Assembly (NCBI GenBank): GCA_964413825.1
Contig: CAYPTS010000002.1
Span: 1-59,331, forward strand
Length of the DNA stretch: 59,331 bases
From: an uncultured bacterium
GTDB lineage: Bacteria > Ratteibacteria > UBA8468 > B48-G9 > JAFGKM01
Direction of reading: 5' to 3'
A program made the translations under genes and the position numbers. A model generated the notes under the pieces. That model saw only the letters and a list, made by a program, of their open reading frames with translations, was not told the DNA's origin and ran no database searches. Position 1 is the stretch's first letter; the number at the start of each line of letters is the position of its first letter. Below are positions 51,745 to 59,331 of this stretch, piece by piece.

Positions 51745-52845
51745 CTATAGTATTTCCGTCAAGTGCCTTACAAGAATGGAATTTTCCTCCGGCGTCCCTA
51801 TTGTTACCCGTGCGTATTCCTGCCCTATTCCCGCCATACTGCGTATGATTATACCCCGCATTTCCAGTTTCTTTATTATGTCCCCGGCATTTCTCTTGAA
51901 ACGGCACAGGATAAAATTTGCCTCGGTGGGGAAGCATTTTACGCCCAGTTTTTCAAGTTCCGGAAAGAGATATTTTTTACCTTCGGTATTGTTAATGTAC
52001 GACTTTTTCACGTATTCTTCGTCGTCGAGGGCGGCAAGCGCCGCTTCCTGCGCCGGCGCCGTTGTGTTGAAAGGCGGACGTATCCGTTCCATGAAACCTG
52101 TTATTTCGCTGTTTGCCGCGCCGTACCCTATCCGGAGCGCCGCAAGGCCGTATATTTTGGAAAACGTCCTCGTTACAATGACGTTTTTGCTTTGCACGTA
52201 GGGATAAGCGGTTCCGAAGTTTTTATCTTCCACGTATTCCATGTATGCCTCGTCGGAAATAATAACTACGTCGTCCGGCACCTTCTCCATGAACCTTGCG
52301 AGCTGGTCGGCGTAAATTATGTTTCCCGTGGGGTTGTTGGGGTTGCACAGTATAATAACCCTTGTCTTAGAGGTGATTTTCGCAAGGAACATGTTCATAT
52401 CATAGGAAAAATCCTCTTTGAGCGGTATCTCGACAGTTTTTGCGCCTATCTTCATCGCAAGTATTTTGTAAATGAGAAAAGACGGGGCCGGGTATATCAC
52501 CTCTTCCCCGGGATTTATAAAAGTCTCCATTGCCATGGATATAATCTCGCTGGAGCCGCTCCCCATGATTATGTTGTCCGGCGCGCATTTTGAAACCTCG
52601 GCGATTCTGTTTTTCAGGTAATAGCCGGAGCCCTCCGGATAGCGGTATATCCTGTCCGCGCATCTTTTGAATGCCTCTGCCGCTTTCGGCGACGGCCCCA
52701 TGGGATTTTCGTTGGATGCCAGTTTGACAATCTTTTCCATGTCCAGTCCGTACGCCCTGTTCAGTTCCTCCATCGGTTTTCCCGGAACGTACGGCGAAAT
52801 CCTTTTTATCCCTTCCCGTACAATTTTTTCAACATTATTGTCCAT
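51745..52845 (-). CDS. hisC: Histidinol-phosphate aminotransferase
   Basis: ..KLASNENP.GPSP.., ..Y.YP.. and ..TFSKIYGLAALRIGY. Confidence 0.9.
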   Translation of the reverse strand: MDNNVEKIVREGIKRISPYVPGKPMEELNRAYGLDMEKIVKLASNENPMGPSPKAAEAFKRCADRIYRYPEGSGYYLKNRIAEVSKCAPDNIIMGSGSSEIISMAMETFINPGEEVIYPAPSFLIYKILAMKIGAKTVEIPLKEDFSYDMNMFLAKITSKTRVIILCNPNNPTGNIIYADQLARFMEKVPDDVVIISDEAYMEYVEDKNFGTAYPYVQSKNVIVTRTFSKIYGLAALRIGYGAANSEITGFMERIRPPFNTTAPAQEAALAALDDEEYVKKSYINNTEGKKYLFPELEKLGVKCFPTEANFILCRFKRNAGDIIKKLEMRGIIIRSMAGIGQEYARVTIGTPEENSILVRHLTEIL

Positions 52846-53833
52846 ATTTCAATCCCGTTTGGCTTCTTGTTATGTCCATCGTTTCCGCGGCAGTCTTCCT
52901 TGCCTTTGCCGCCCCGTCATTCAGTATATCCCACAGCGCTTTCCTGTTTTTTTCCAGCGCCGCCCTTTTTTCTCTTATGCCGCCAAGATACTGAACAAGC
53001 GCTTCGCCCATCTCGCGTTTGCAATCGGTGCATCCTATAACCGCACTTTTGCATTCTTTTTCTATCTCCCCTGTCCTTCCGGCATTGAAAAGTTTGTGAT
53101 AGGCGAATACCGGACAGGTTTTTGGATGTCCCGGGTCCTTCTTGTATATCCTTTTGGGGTCGGTGAACATCTTGCTTGCCTTTGCCCTGATAACCTCCGG
53201 CGTATCTTTCAGGTAAATGCAGTTGTCGTAGGACTTGCTCATCTTCCTGTTGTCAGTCCCCGGTATCTTCGGGGTTTCCGTCAGAAGCGCCTCGGGCACG
53301 GGAAAGGTTTCCCCGTATAGATAATTGAATCTTTTCGCTATCTCCCTTGTCAGTTCGAGGTGCGGCAGTTGGTCCATCCCTATGGGAACGTGCCCTGCCC
53401 TGTACAAAAGGATGTCCGCCGCCTGCAGTACCGGATATCCCAAAAACCCGTAAGTGTTCAGGTCTTTTGCAATCAACTGCTTCTTCTGTTCCTTGTACAC
53501 GGGGTTTCTCTCAAGCCACGGATTAGGCACTATCATTGAGAAAATCAGGTGCAGTTCCGCATGCTCCGGAACCATAGACTGAACGAATATGGCGGACTTT
53601 TCCGGGTCAAGTCCTGCCGATATGAAGTCCATGGCCACCTCCTCGGCGAAAGTCTTTATCTTCCCCATCGATGCGTATTCGGTGCTCATCGCATGATAGT
53701 CCGCCACCATATAGAAACAGTTGTAGCCCTCGTCCTGCAGTTTCTTCCAGTTGGCGAGCGCCCCGAAAAGATGCCCTATGTGCAAAGGTCCCGTGGACCT
53801 CATGCCGCTCAAGATATTCCCTTTTTTGTTCAT
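52835..53833 (-). CDS. trpS: Tryptophan--tRNA ligase
   Basis: SGMRSTGPLHIGH and KMSKS. Confidence 0.95.
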   Translation of the reverse strand: MNKKGNILSGMRSTGPLHIGHLFGALANWKKLQDEGYNCFYMVADYHAMSTEYASMGKIKTFAEEVAMDFISAGLDPEKSAIFVQSMVPEHAELHLIFSMIVPNPWLERNPVYKEQKKQLIAKDLNTYGFLGYPVLQAADILLYRAGHVPIGMDQLPHLELTREIAKRFNYLYGETFPVPEALLTETPKIPGTDNRKMSKSYDNCIYLKDTPEVIRAKASKMFTDPKRIYKKDPGHPKTCPVFAYHKLFNAGRTGEIEKECKSAVIGCTDCKREMGEALVQYLGGIREKRAALEKNRKALWDILNDGAAKARKTAAETMDITRSQTGLKYGQ

Positions 53834-53863
53834 AAGTTCATAACTCCATAACTTAATAACTGT

Positions 53864-55201
53864 TTAATTTTGTTCGAGGTGTTCTGAAAAATCAGCGCCC
53901 TGCCCTTTTATGCGCTCGTTCAGGAGCCATTTCCACAAAGGGACAAAACTTATTTTTCCCTCTTCTTTTTCCGTATCCTCTGTGATTAACAAAAGTTTTT
54001 TTACGTTTTTGAACGTATCCCTGAATTCCAGCAGGGAATCAATCTCGCGTTCCTTGAGCATGTTTGAATAGCAAACGTTTATGCCGGTCAAGTCGGAATC
54101 CTCTTTTACGACAAAGTCGACCTCCCGTTTGTTTTTCCAGTAGTAAAGGTCATATCCCCGGGTTTTTAAAACGCTGCCTACCATGTTTTCTGCAAGTTTC
54201 CCTTTGTCTGCGGAAAATCTGAAAGCGATAACGTTTCTTAATCCTGTATCCAGGCAGATTACCTTTTTGGGGTTTACTTTTTGAACTTTCAGAGAATAGG
54301 AAAAAACCGGGAGCAAAAAGAAGTACTGGCTTTCTTCTATGTGCGACAAGTAAGATGTAACGGTTTCCCTCGACATTGTAATCGTCTGTTTCGCAAGATT
54401 ATAGTATGAATTAACGGAAAAACAGGATGTAATGTCCGTAAACAGAAACTTCAGCAAATCTTTCAGCATGTCGGTATTGCTCAGCGCAAATCTTTCGCCG
54501 ATATCCCGGAACACCAGCATGTGAAAATACTCGCTCAGTATCTTTTTTCTCAACATTGCGTCTTGTTCCTTTGCTATTTCAGGAAAAATACCCCATTCGA
54601 TATATTCGTCAAGAAGATTTTTTATCTTGAATCTTAACGGTGTATATTGAAAGTTTTTTTCCAGAGTCAGCCCCTTAAATCTCAGAAATTCGTTAAAATT
54701 CAAGGGATACAGCGGATAACTTACCGTCCTTCCCCTCAAGGACGTTGAAATTTCACGCGACAGCAGTTTGGATGAAGAGCCTGTTATAAAGATTCGTATC
54801 TTCTCTTTCTCGTAAATTCTTCTTACAAAAGTCTCCCATCCGTCTATATTCTGTATCTCGTCGAACAAGAAAAACAAATCAGAGCCCTTATAATCGGGGT
54901 AAAGTTCATAATAAGCGTCTATTAAAAATTGCAGGTCTTTTACCGTTAAAGGCAACAACCTGTCGTCTTCGAAGTTGATATAAACAATTCGTTCTTTCTT
55001 TATGCCATGTTTTTCCGCAAGTGTTTTTATCAATGAAAAAAGGTAAAAACTTTTTCCGCCACGCCTGGGACCGAATAAAGTGATTATCTTTTCGGAGAAG
55101 AGCGGAACTTTTAAATCTCTGCTTATAACAACAGGCAGTTGGCTCGAATGAAATTCCTTGATTATGAATTTAAAAATCTCTTTTCTTGATAAAGTGTTCA
55201 T
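53864..55201 (-). CDS. COG1373-type AAA ATPase with C-terminal DUF4143 (copy 1)
   Basis: GPRRGGKSF Walker A and LFFLFDEIQ Walker B. The C-terminal ..YYWKNKREVDFVV.....GINVCYS lacks the ExK half of the nuclease-like motif. Confidence 0.8.
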   Translation of the reverse strand: MNTLSRKEIFKFIIKEFHSSQLPVVISRDLKVPLFSEKIITLFGPRRGGKSFYLFSLIKTLAEKHGIKKERIVYINFEDDRLLPLTVKDLQFLIDAYYELYPDYKGSDLFFLFDEIQNIDGWETFVRRIYEKEKIRIFITGSSSKLLSREISTSLRGRTVSYPLYPLNFNEFLRFKGLTLEKNFQYTPLRFKIKNLLDEYIEWGIFPEIAKEQDAMLRKKILSEYFHMLVFRDIGERFALSNTDMLKDLLKFLFTDITSCFSVNSYYNLAKQTITMSRETVTSYLSHIEESQYFFLLPVFSYSLKVQKVNPKKVICLDTGLRNVIAFRFSADKGKLAENMVGSVLKTRGYDLYYWKNKREVDFVVKEDSDLTGINVCYSNMLKEREIDSLLEFRDTFKNVKKLLLITEDTEKEEGKISFVPLWKWLLNERIKGQGADFSEHLEQN

Positions 55202-55289
55202 CTGTTACATTGTATAATTGTCTTCCGCTCAAGTCAAATATTTATATAAATATGTCTTTTGTGAAAGACAACCTTTTTGCGGGCGCCCA

Positions 55290-55724
55290 TCAATCTCTGC
55301 CGGATTTTGCCTGTGCACAGCGTTTTTTCATTCCAAAGTATTCCAGGACTATTTCCCTGTGGTCGAAGGCAAAGTCCTCCGGAAGGTTGTCTTCCGTGAA
55401 AACTCCCGCATCCGCGGCATCGTCGTCCGCCTTCAAGACCCCCTGCCCTTTCGCCGTGAACACCGTGGAAATAGTATGCTGGCGCGGGTCCCTGTCCGGA
55501 GCCGAATAAGTGTGAAACTGTTTCAGTCCGCAAACGTTCAGCCCCGTTTCTTCTTTCGCTTCCCTTGCCGCCGCATCCTCGAGGCATTCCCCGTAATCCA
55601 CGAATCCTCCGGGTATCGCCCATCCATGGGGGTAGTTTTTTCTTTTAATCAGGACAATGCCTCCGTCCATCTCTATTATGACGTCTACGGTAGGCACCGG
55701 ATTCCTGTATTCCTTCTTTTCCAT
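55290..55724 (-). CDS. NUDIX hydrolase
   Basis: Complete Nudix box [23 protein letters not shown] (Gx5Ex7REUxEExGU). Confidence 0.85.
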   Translation of the reverse strand: MEKKEYRNPVPTVDVIIEMDGGIVLIKRKNYPHGWAIPGGFVDYGECLEDAAAREAKEETGLNVCGLKQFHTYSAPDRDPRQHTISTVFTAKGQGVLKADDDAADAGVFTEDNLPEDFAFDHREIVLEYFGMKKRCAQAKSGRD

Positions 55725-55803
55725 TACAACTAATTGTACACCCTCCCCCGCTCGAAATCAAACCTGCAGGCAGGAGAGACTCATCAGAGTCCCGCCACAT
55801 TCA

Positions 55804-56976
55804 CTATTCGCAGTTATCTCCCCTCCCCGTTTCTTTCCGCGCGGACAATAGTTCGGGTAGTTCTTTCAAGGCATCTTTTATGGGCAGGACAGAAATATCT
55901 GCCTGTCTGAGGCGGCGTTCGCCTCCGTAAATAAAATAAGTTTCAGCCTCAGGATAGTCTCTTTTGAAAGCCAGCAGTCCTTTCATCATAGAATTTGACG
56001 TCTTGCCCGTCCTTTTAATTTCAAATGCTTTGATGCCCTTTTCACCGTAGAGAACAAAATCCACCTCCATATTATTGGAGGTTCTCCAGTAAAATATGTT
56101 ATAACCCAGTTTCAGATAGTCGTTTACTGCCTTTAACTCTTGCAAAAAGAGTGTCTCCAAAGCATGTCCGCTTATATCTTCAGGCATATCGAGAGGCCCT
56201 GTAGGTCTTAATGTGCGGTAAATCCCAACGTCAAAGAAATAGAATTTGGGATGAGACGTCAGGCGTCTTTTGGCTCTTTTGGTAAAGACCGGTATCTTAT
56301 AAGAGATAAGGAGGTCTTCCAATATACTGAAATAGTTTTCCACCACTTTGCGCTCTACGCTGCAATCCCGCGCTACCGAAGAAATGTTTAAAACCGAACC
56401 CTGGGAGAAACTTGCAGATTCCAAAAATCTGTAAAATGCGTCCAGTTTTCTTGTTAGTCCTTCCTGTCTGACCTCTTCTTCAATGTAAGTTTTTACATAA
56501 CTTTCCATGTATTCCTTGGGATTTCTCTCTGTGTAGACGCAGGGAAGTTGACCGTAGGTCAATGAATGATTAAGGTCAAATTCTTTTCCCAGTTCTATTA
56601 CGGTAAGCGGATAGAAGTGATATGATAATGCTCTCCCCGCCAGCAAATTTACCCCTTTGCTTCTTATTTTTCTGGCGCTGGAACCTGTTAGTATAAACTT
56701 GCACTTGTTTTTTTCAATGAGTCGATGAACTTCATTAAGGAGTTCCGGAATTCTCTGAATTTCGTCAATAATAATCCAACCATTGAAATTTTTTGGTATA
56801 AAATTTCCAAGCCGTTGGGGATTAGCAAGAAAATCATTGAAAATTTCCGCTTCCAAAAGGTCTAAATAAACCGCATCGGGGAATTCCGATTTGACCCAGG
56901 TAGTTTTCCCTGTGCCCCTGGGTCCGAAAAGAAAGAAACTTTTATCTTCCGGATATTTTAGCAATCTGGAGTACAT
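55804..56976 (-). CDS. COG1373-type AAA ATPase with C-terminal DUF4143 (copy 2)
   Basis: GPRGTGKTT Walker A and IIIDEIQ Walker B. C-terminal ..FYWRTSNNMEVDFVL...GIKAFEIKRT has a D..ExK-type pattern. Confidence 0.8.
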   Translation of the reverse strand: MYSRLLKYPEDKSFFLFGPRGTGKTTWVKSEFPDAVYLDLLEAEIFNDFLANPQRLGNFIPKNFNGWIIIDEIQRIPELLNEVHRLIEKNKCKFILTGSSARKIRSKGVNLLAGRALSYHFYPLTVIELGKEFDLNHSLTYGQLPCVYTERNPKEYMESYVKTYIEEEVRQEGLTRKLDAFYRFLESASFSQGSVLNISSVARDCSVERKVVENYFSILEDLLISYKIPVFTKRAKRRLTSHPKFYFFDVGIYRTLRPTGPLDMPEDISGHALETLFLQELKAVNDYLKLGYNIFYWRTSNNMEVDFVLYGEKGIKAFEIKRTGKTSNSMMKGLLAFKRDYPEAETYFIYGGERRLRQADISVLPIKDALKELPELLSARKETGRGDNCE

Positions 56977-57248
56977 ACTTCCATTTTACATGTATTTTTG
57001 GAGTTGTCAAGTAAAAATTCATACAGAAGCACAGGCGGTAAAGGGGGCGGGGTTGTCCTTTTCAAAAAATCTTCCCGGGAGATTCCTGCTTGAGAACAGA
57101 TAACTCTCAAGGTAGAACCTTGATTTTTAACCTGTCATAATAAATCTATACGAAGAGGAATCGTTGCGTCAAATAGGAATCTATACGAAACTATCTTCCT
57201 AAAAAGAACTATAGGGAGGCGAATTGCGTCATGTCCTTATTGAATTGC

Positions 57249-57509
57249 CTAAATTCCGTAAACGTTTTTTCTGTGACCCACTTTGACAATACAGACAACC
57301 TGCAAGGTGTCGTCTATATAATATAGAATTCTGTAGTTGCCGCGGCGAATCCGGTATTGCGGCCGACCTGACAATTTTCGGCAGTCATGCGGCCTTGGAT
57401 TATCCGCGAGTGAAGATATCCTGTCGATAATATCCCTTATATCCCTGTCGGGAAGCGATTCAATCTCTTTAACTGCCGACCTTTTTACCTCGACCTTATA
57501 TTTTCCCAT
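57249..57509 (-). CDS. RelE/ParE-family type II toxin
   Basis: 86 aa. ..L......I...I..L..NPRP..C.KL.G....YRIR.GNYRILY.IDD... pattern. Overlaps the antitoxin stop. Confidence 0.8.
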   Translation of the reverse strand: MGKYKVEVKRSAVKEIESLPDRDIRDIIDRISSLADNPRPHDCRKLSGRPQYRIRRGNYRILYYIDDTLQVVCIVKVGHRKNVYGI

Positions 57510-57729
57510 CGGCCTTCAATTTTTTCAGCAGTGTTTCATAAGATACGCTGGGTTCTTTTACTCTTTGTTCAAACGCCGCAAGGTCTTCACTATCTTCAGC
57601 CAATTCGCGCCGGACAGCTTCGTTCATGATGCCGGATATCGACTGTTCTGTTTCACTCGCTCTCACTTTAAGAATCCTGTGTAAATCAGGGTCAAGATAA
57701 ATCGTCGTTCGTTTTGTCATGGCCGCCAT
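57496..57729 (-). CDS. Ribbon-helix-helix antitoxin
   Basis: ..KRTTIYLDPDLHRILKVRASETEQSISGIMNEAVRREL.. is an RHH pattern. Located upstream of, and overlapping, the toxin gene. Confidence 0.7.
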   Translation of the reverse strand: MAAMTKRTTIYLDPDLHRILKVRASETEQSISGIMNEAVRRELAEDSEDLAAFEQRVKEPSVSYETLLKKLKADGKI

Positions 57730-57822
57730 ACAGTACCTCCTTTATCTCCTATTACATTCTTCCTGTAACACTATAACATCATAATGTTTTAATGTCAACA
57801 GGCAGGTACTATTTTTTAGCCT

Positions 57823-59331
57823 TCATCGGAAATTATTGATGTTTCCAGCGTGTTTTTTCAGAAGCGCCCTTACCGGCGCACTGTTAATGACATTATCTCT
57901 CATAACATCATGAAACTCGTTAAGCATTTCTTCCGTTTCAGCGAGTGAATATTTGCCTGTATTTTTTACGACAAAAATCTTCTCGTGTTTTGTAGCAGTC
58001 TCATCCGCAGTGAGAATCTCTTCAAAAATGTTTTCTCCGGGGCGTATACCTGTAAATTTTATTTCTATATCTTCGTAGGGTCTTAAACCGTGGATTTTTA
58101 TCAACTCTTCCGCCAGTTCCGTGATTTTCCTTGGTTCTCCCATGTCAAGCACCATAATCTCCCCTCCCCTGCCGATGGCAGAGGCCTGGAGTACCAGTGC
58201 AACGGCTTCAGGGATGGTCATGAAATATCTTTTCATGTCTTTGTGCGTTACAGTAAGGGGACCGCCGTCTTTCAATTGTTGTAAAAACAACGGCAGGAGA
58301 CTTCCCCTGCTTCCAAGCACGTTGCCGAATCGTACAGATATAAAGGACGTTTTTCCGCAGTTGTTGGTGCCGCACCCGTTTGCGTTGAAGGCACTGCATA
58401 TGTATTCCGCAACCCTTTTCGTGGCTCCCATAATGCTTGTAGGGTTGACTGCTTTATCGGTGGAAATCTGGATAAACTTTTCCGTACCGTAAGCCGCAGA
58501 GGATACCGCAAGGTTGTAAGTTCCGAAGATGTTTACCTTCACCGCTTCTTCGGGGTTATATTCCATTATCGGCACGTGTTTGTATGCGGCGGCATGGAAT
58601 ACGACGTGGGGACGGAACTTTTTGAATATCGCGTCTATCCGTTCTTTATCCCTGATATCGGCAATTACGAAACAAACGTTGTCCGGAAAATCTGTTTTTT
58701 CCATGGAAGTTTTTCCGTATATCCCTTCCTTTTTGCCGTTTGTAAACAGAAAATCACAATTCTGCTTTATCCGCATCTTTAAATTATGCAACTCGGTGTC
58801 ATCGGTATCAAGCAGTATTATCTTTTTAGGGTTGAAGGAACAGACCTGCATCACGATTTCGGAACCTATGGAGCCGCCTGCTCCGGTAACAAGTACCGAC
58901 TTGTTTCTCAAAAATTCTTCAACCTGTTTTAAATCAATAGTTATGTTTTGTCTGCCGATAATGTCTTCGATGTTTATATCCCTGAGCGTCTTCGTGGTTA
59001 TGCCCGGTTTTTGCTGTGAATACATGTCGGGCACAATCTTGATTGTTTTTACATTGCTTTTAAGTGCGAAGTCATAGATTTTTCGAAGTTCTTTATAATT
59101 CAGCGAAGGAATTGCAATGACGACCGCTTCCGCTTTGACTCTTGATACGGTTTCTTGCAATGCGTCTATTTTTCCCGTTACCCTCACTCCGTTTATATAA
59201 GAGCCGATTTTATCCGTATCATCGTCAAGGAATGCTACGGGATAATAGTCGGCGAATTTTTGTCTTATCATATCCCTGACCACGATTTCGCCGATACTGC
59301 CCGCACCTACGATTACCGTGACCGCTCCTTT
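57823..59331 (-). CDS. CapD/PglF/WbpM-like polysaccharide biosynthesis NAD-dependent sugar 4,6-dehydratase, 5' end outside window
   Basis: ..VLVTGAGGSIGSE.., ..FHAAAYKHVP.. and ..STDKAVNPTS.. The frame stays open to the window edge (..GAVTVIVGAGSIGEIV..). Confidence 0.85.
   Translation of the reverse strand, partial: KGAVTVIVGAGSIGEIVVRDMIRQKFADYYPVAFLDDDTDKIGSYINGVRVTGKIDALQETVSRVKAEAVVIAIPSLNYKELRKIYDFALKSNVKTIKIVPDMYSQQKPGITTKTLRDINIEDIIGRQNITIDLKQVEEFLRNKSVLVTGAGGSIGSEIVMQVCSFNPKKIILLDTDDTELHNLKMRIKQNCDFLFTNGKKEGIYGKTSMEKTDFPDNVCFVIADIRDKERIDAIFKKFRPHVVFHAAAYKHVPIMEYNPEEAVKVNIFGTYNLAVSSAAYGTEKFIQISTDKAVNPTSIMGATKRVAEYICSAFNANGCGTNNCGKTSFISVRFGNVLGSRGSLLPLFLQQLKDGGPLTVTHKDMKRYFMTIPEAVALVLQASAIGRGGEIMVLDMGEPRKITELAEELIKIHGLRPYEDIEIKFTGIRPGENIFEEILTADETATKHEKIFVVKNTGKYSLAETEEMLNEFHDVMRDNVINSAPVRALLKKHAGNINNFR

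Overview
Gene-dense, mostly housekeeping bacterial chromosome segment with about 58 protein genes and one tRNA. I found no rRNA, CRISPR array, transposase or integrase. All family calls come from reading motifs in the supplied translations, because no database search was possible. Core genes recognised: hisA (partial), topA, murG, murC, nnrE, era, a Lon-like protease, rex, an HU/IHF-family gene, rpsB-tsf, argH, lysA, apbE, parA, aroE, leuS, ribF, an ECF sigma/anti-sigma pair, a GH29 fucosidase, ppdK, tatA/tatC, pdxJ, hisC, trpS and a partial CapD-like dehydratase. Many neighbouring genes overlap by 4 nt (ATGA), which indicates a compact genome with translational coupling. The lineage cannot be assigned from this window; HEAT-repeat exported proteins and many DUF genes suggest an uncultivated group. 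Observations not explained by ordinary annotation: (1) a mosaic family of structured 100-150 nt intergenic elements, seven copies, every one in sense orientation immediately upstream of a gene start, several ending in a shared GTTCGGGG..AAAGGAG leader; (2) a perfect 130-bp tandem array that re-creates the 3' T-arm and acceptor end of tRNA-Leu(CAA); (3) an AT-richer accessory patch at 53.8-57.7 kb with two COG1373-type AAA/DUF4143 ATPases flanking a NUDIX hydrolase, next to a RelE/RHH toxin-antitoxin pair; (4) a ParA ATPase paired with a small non-ParB protein that carries a ParB-like N-terminal GLGR peptide; (5) a murG-murC-nnrE operon translationally coupled to a HEAT/CBM9-like exported protein and a large lipoprotein; (6) a Tat-signal DUF362/polyferredoxin module next to tatAC; (7) a roughly 780-bp gap with no convincing gene and a 16-bp periodic degenerate repeat.
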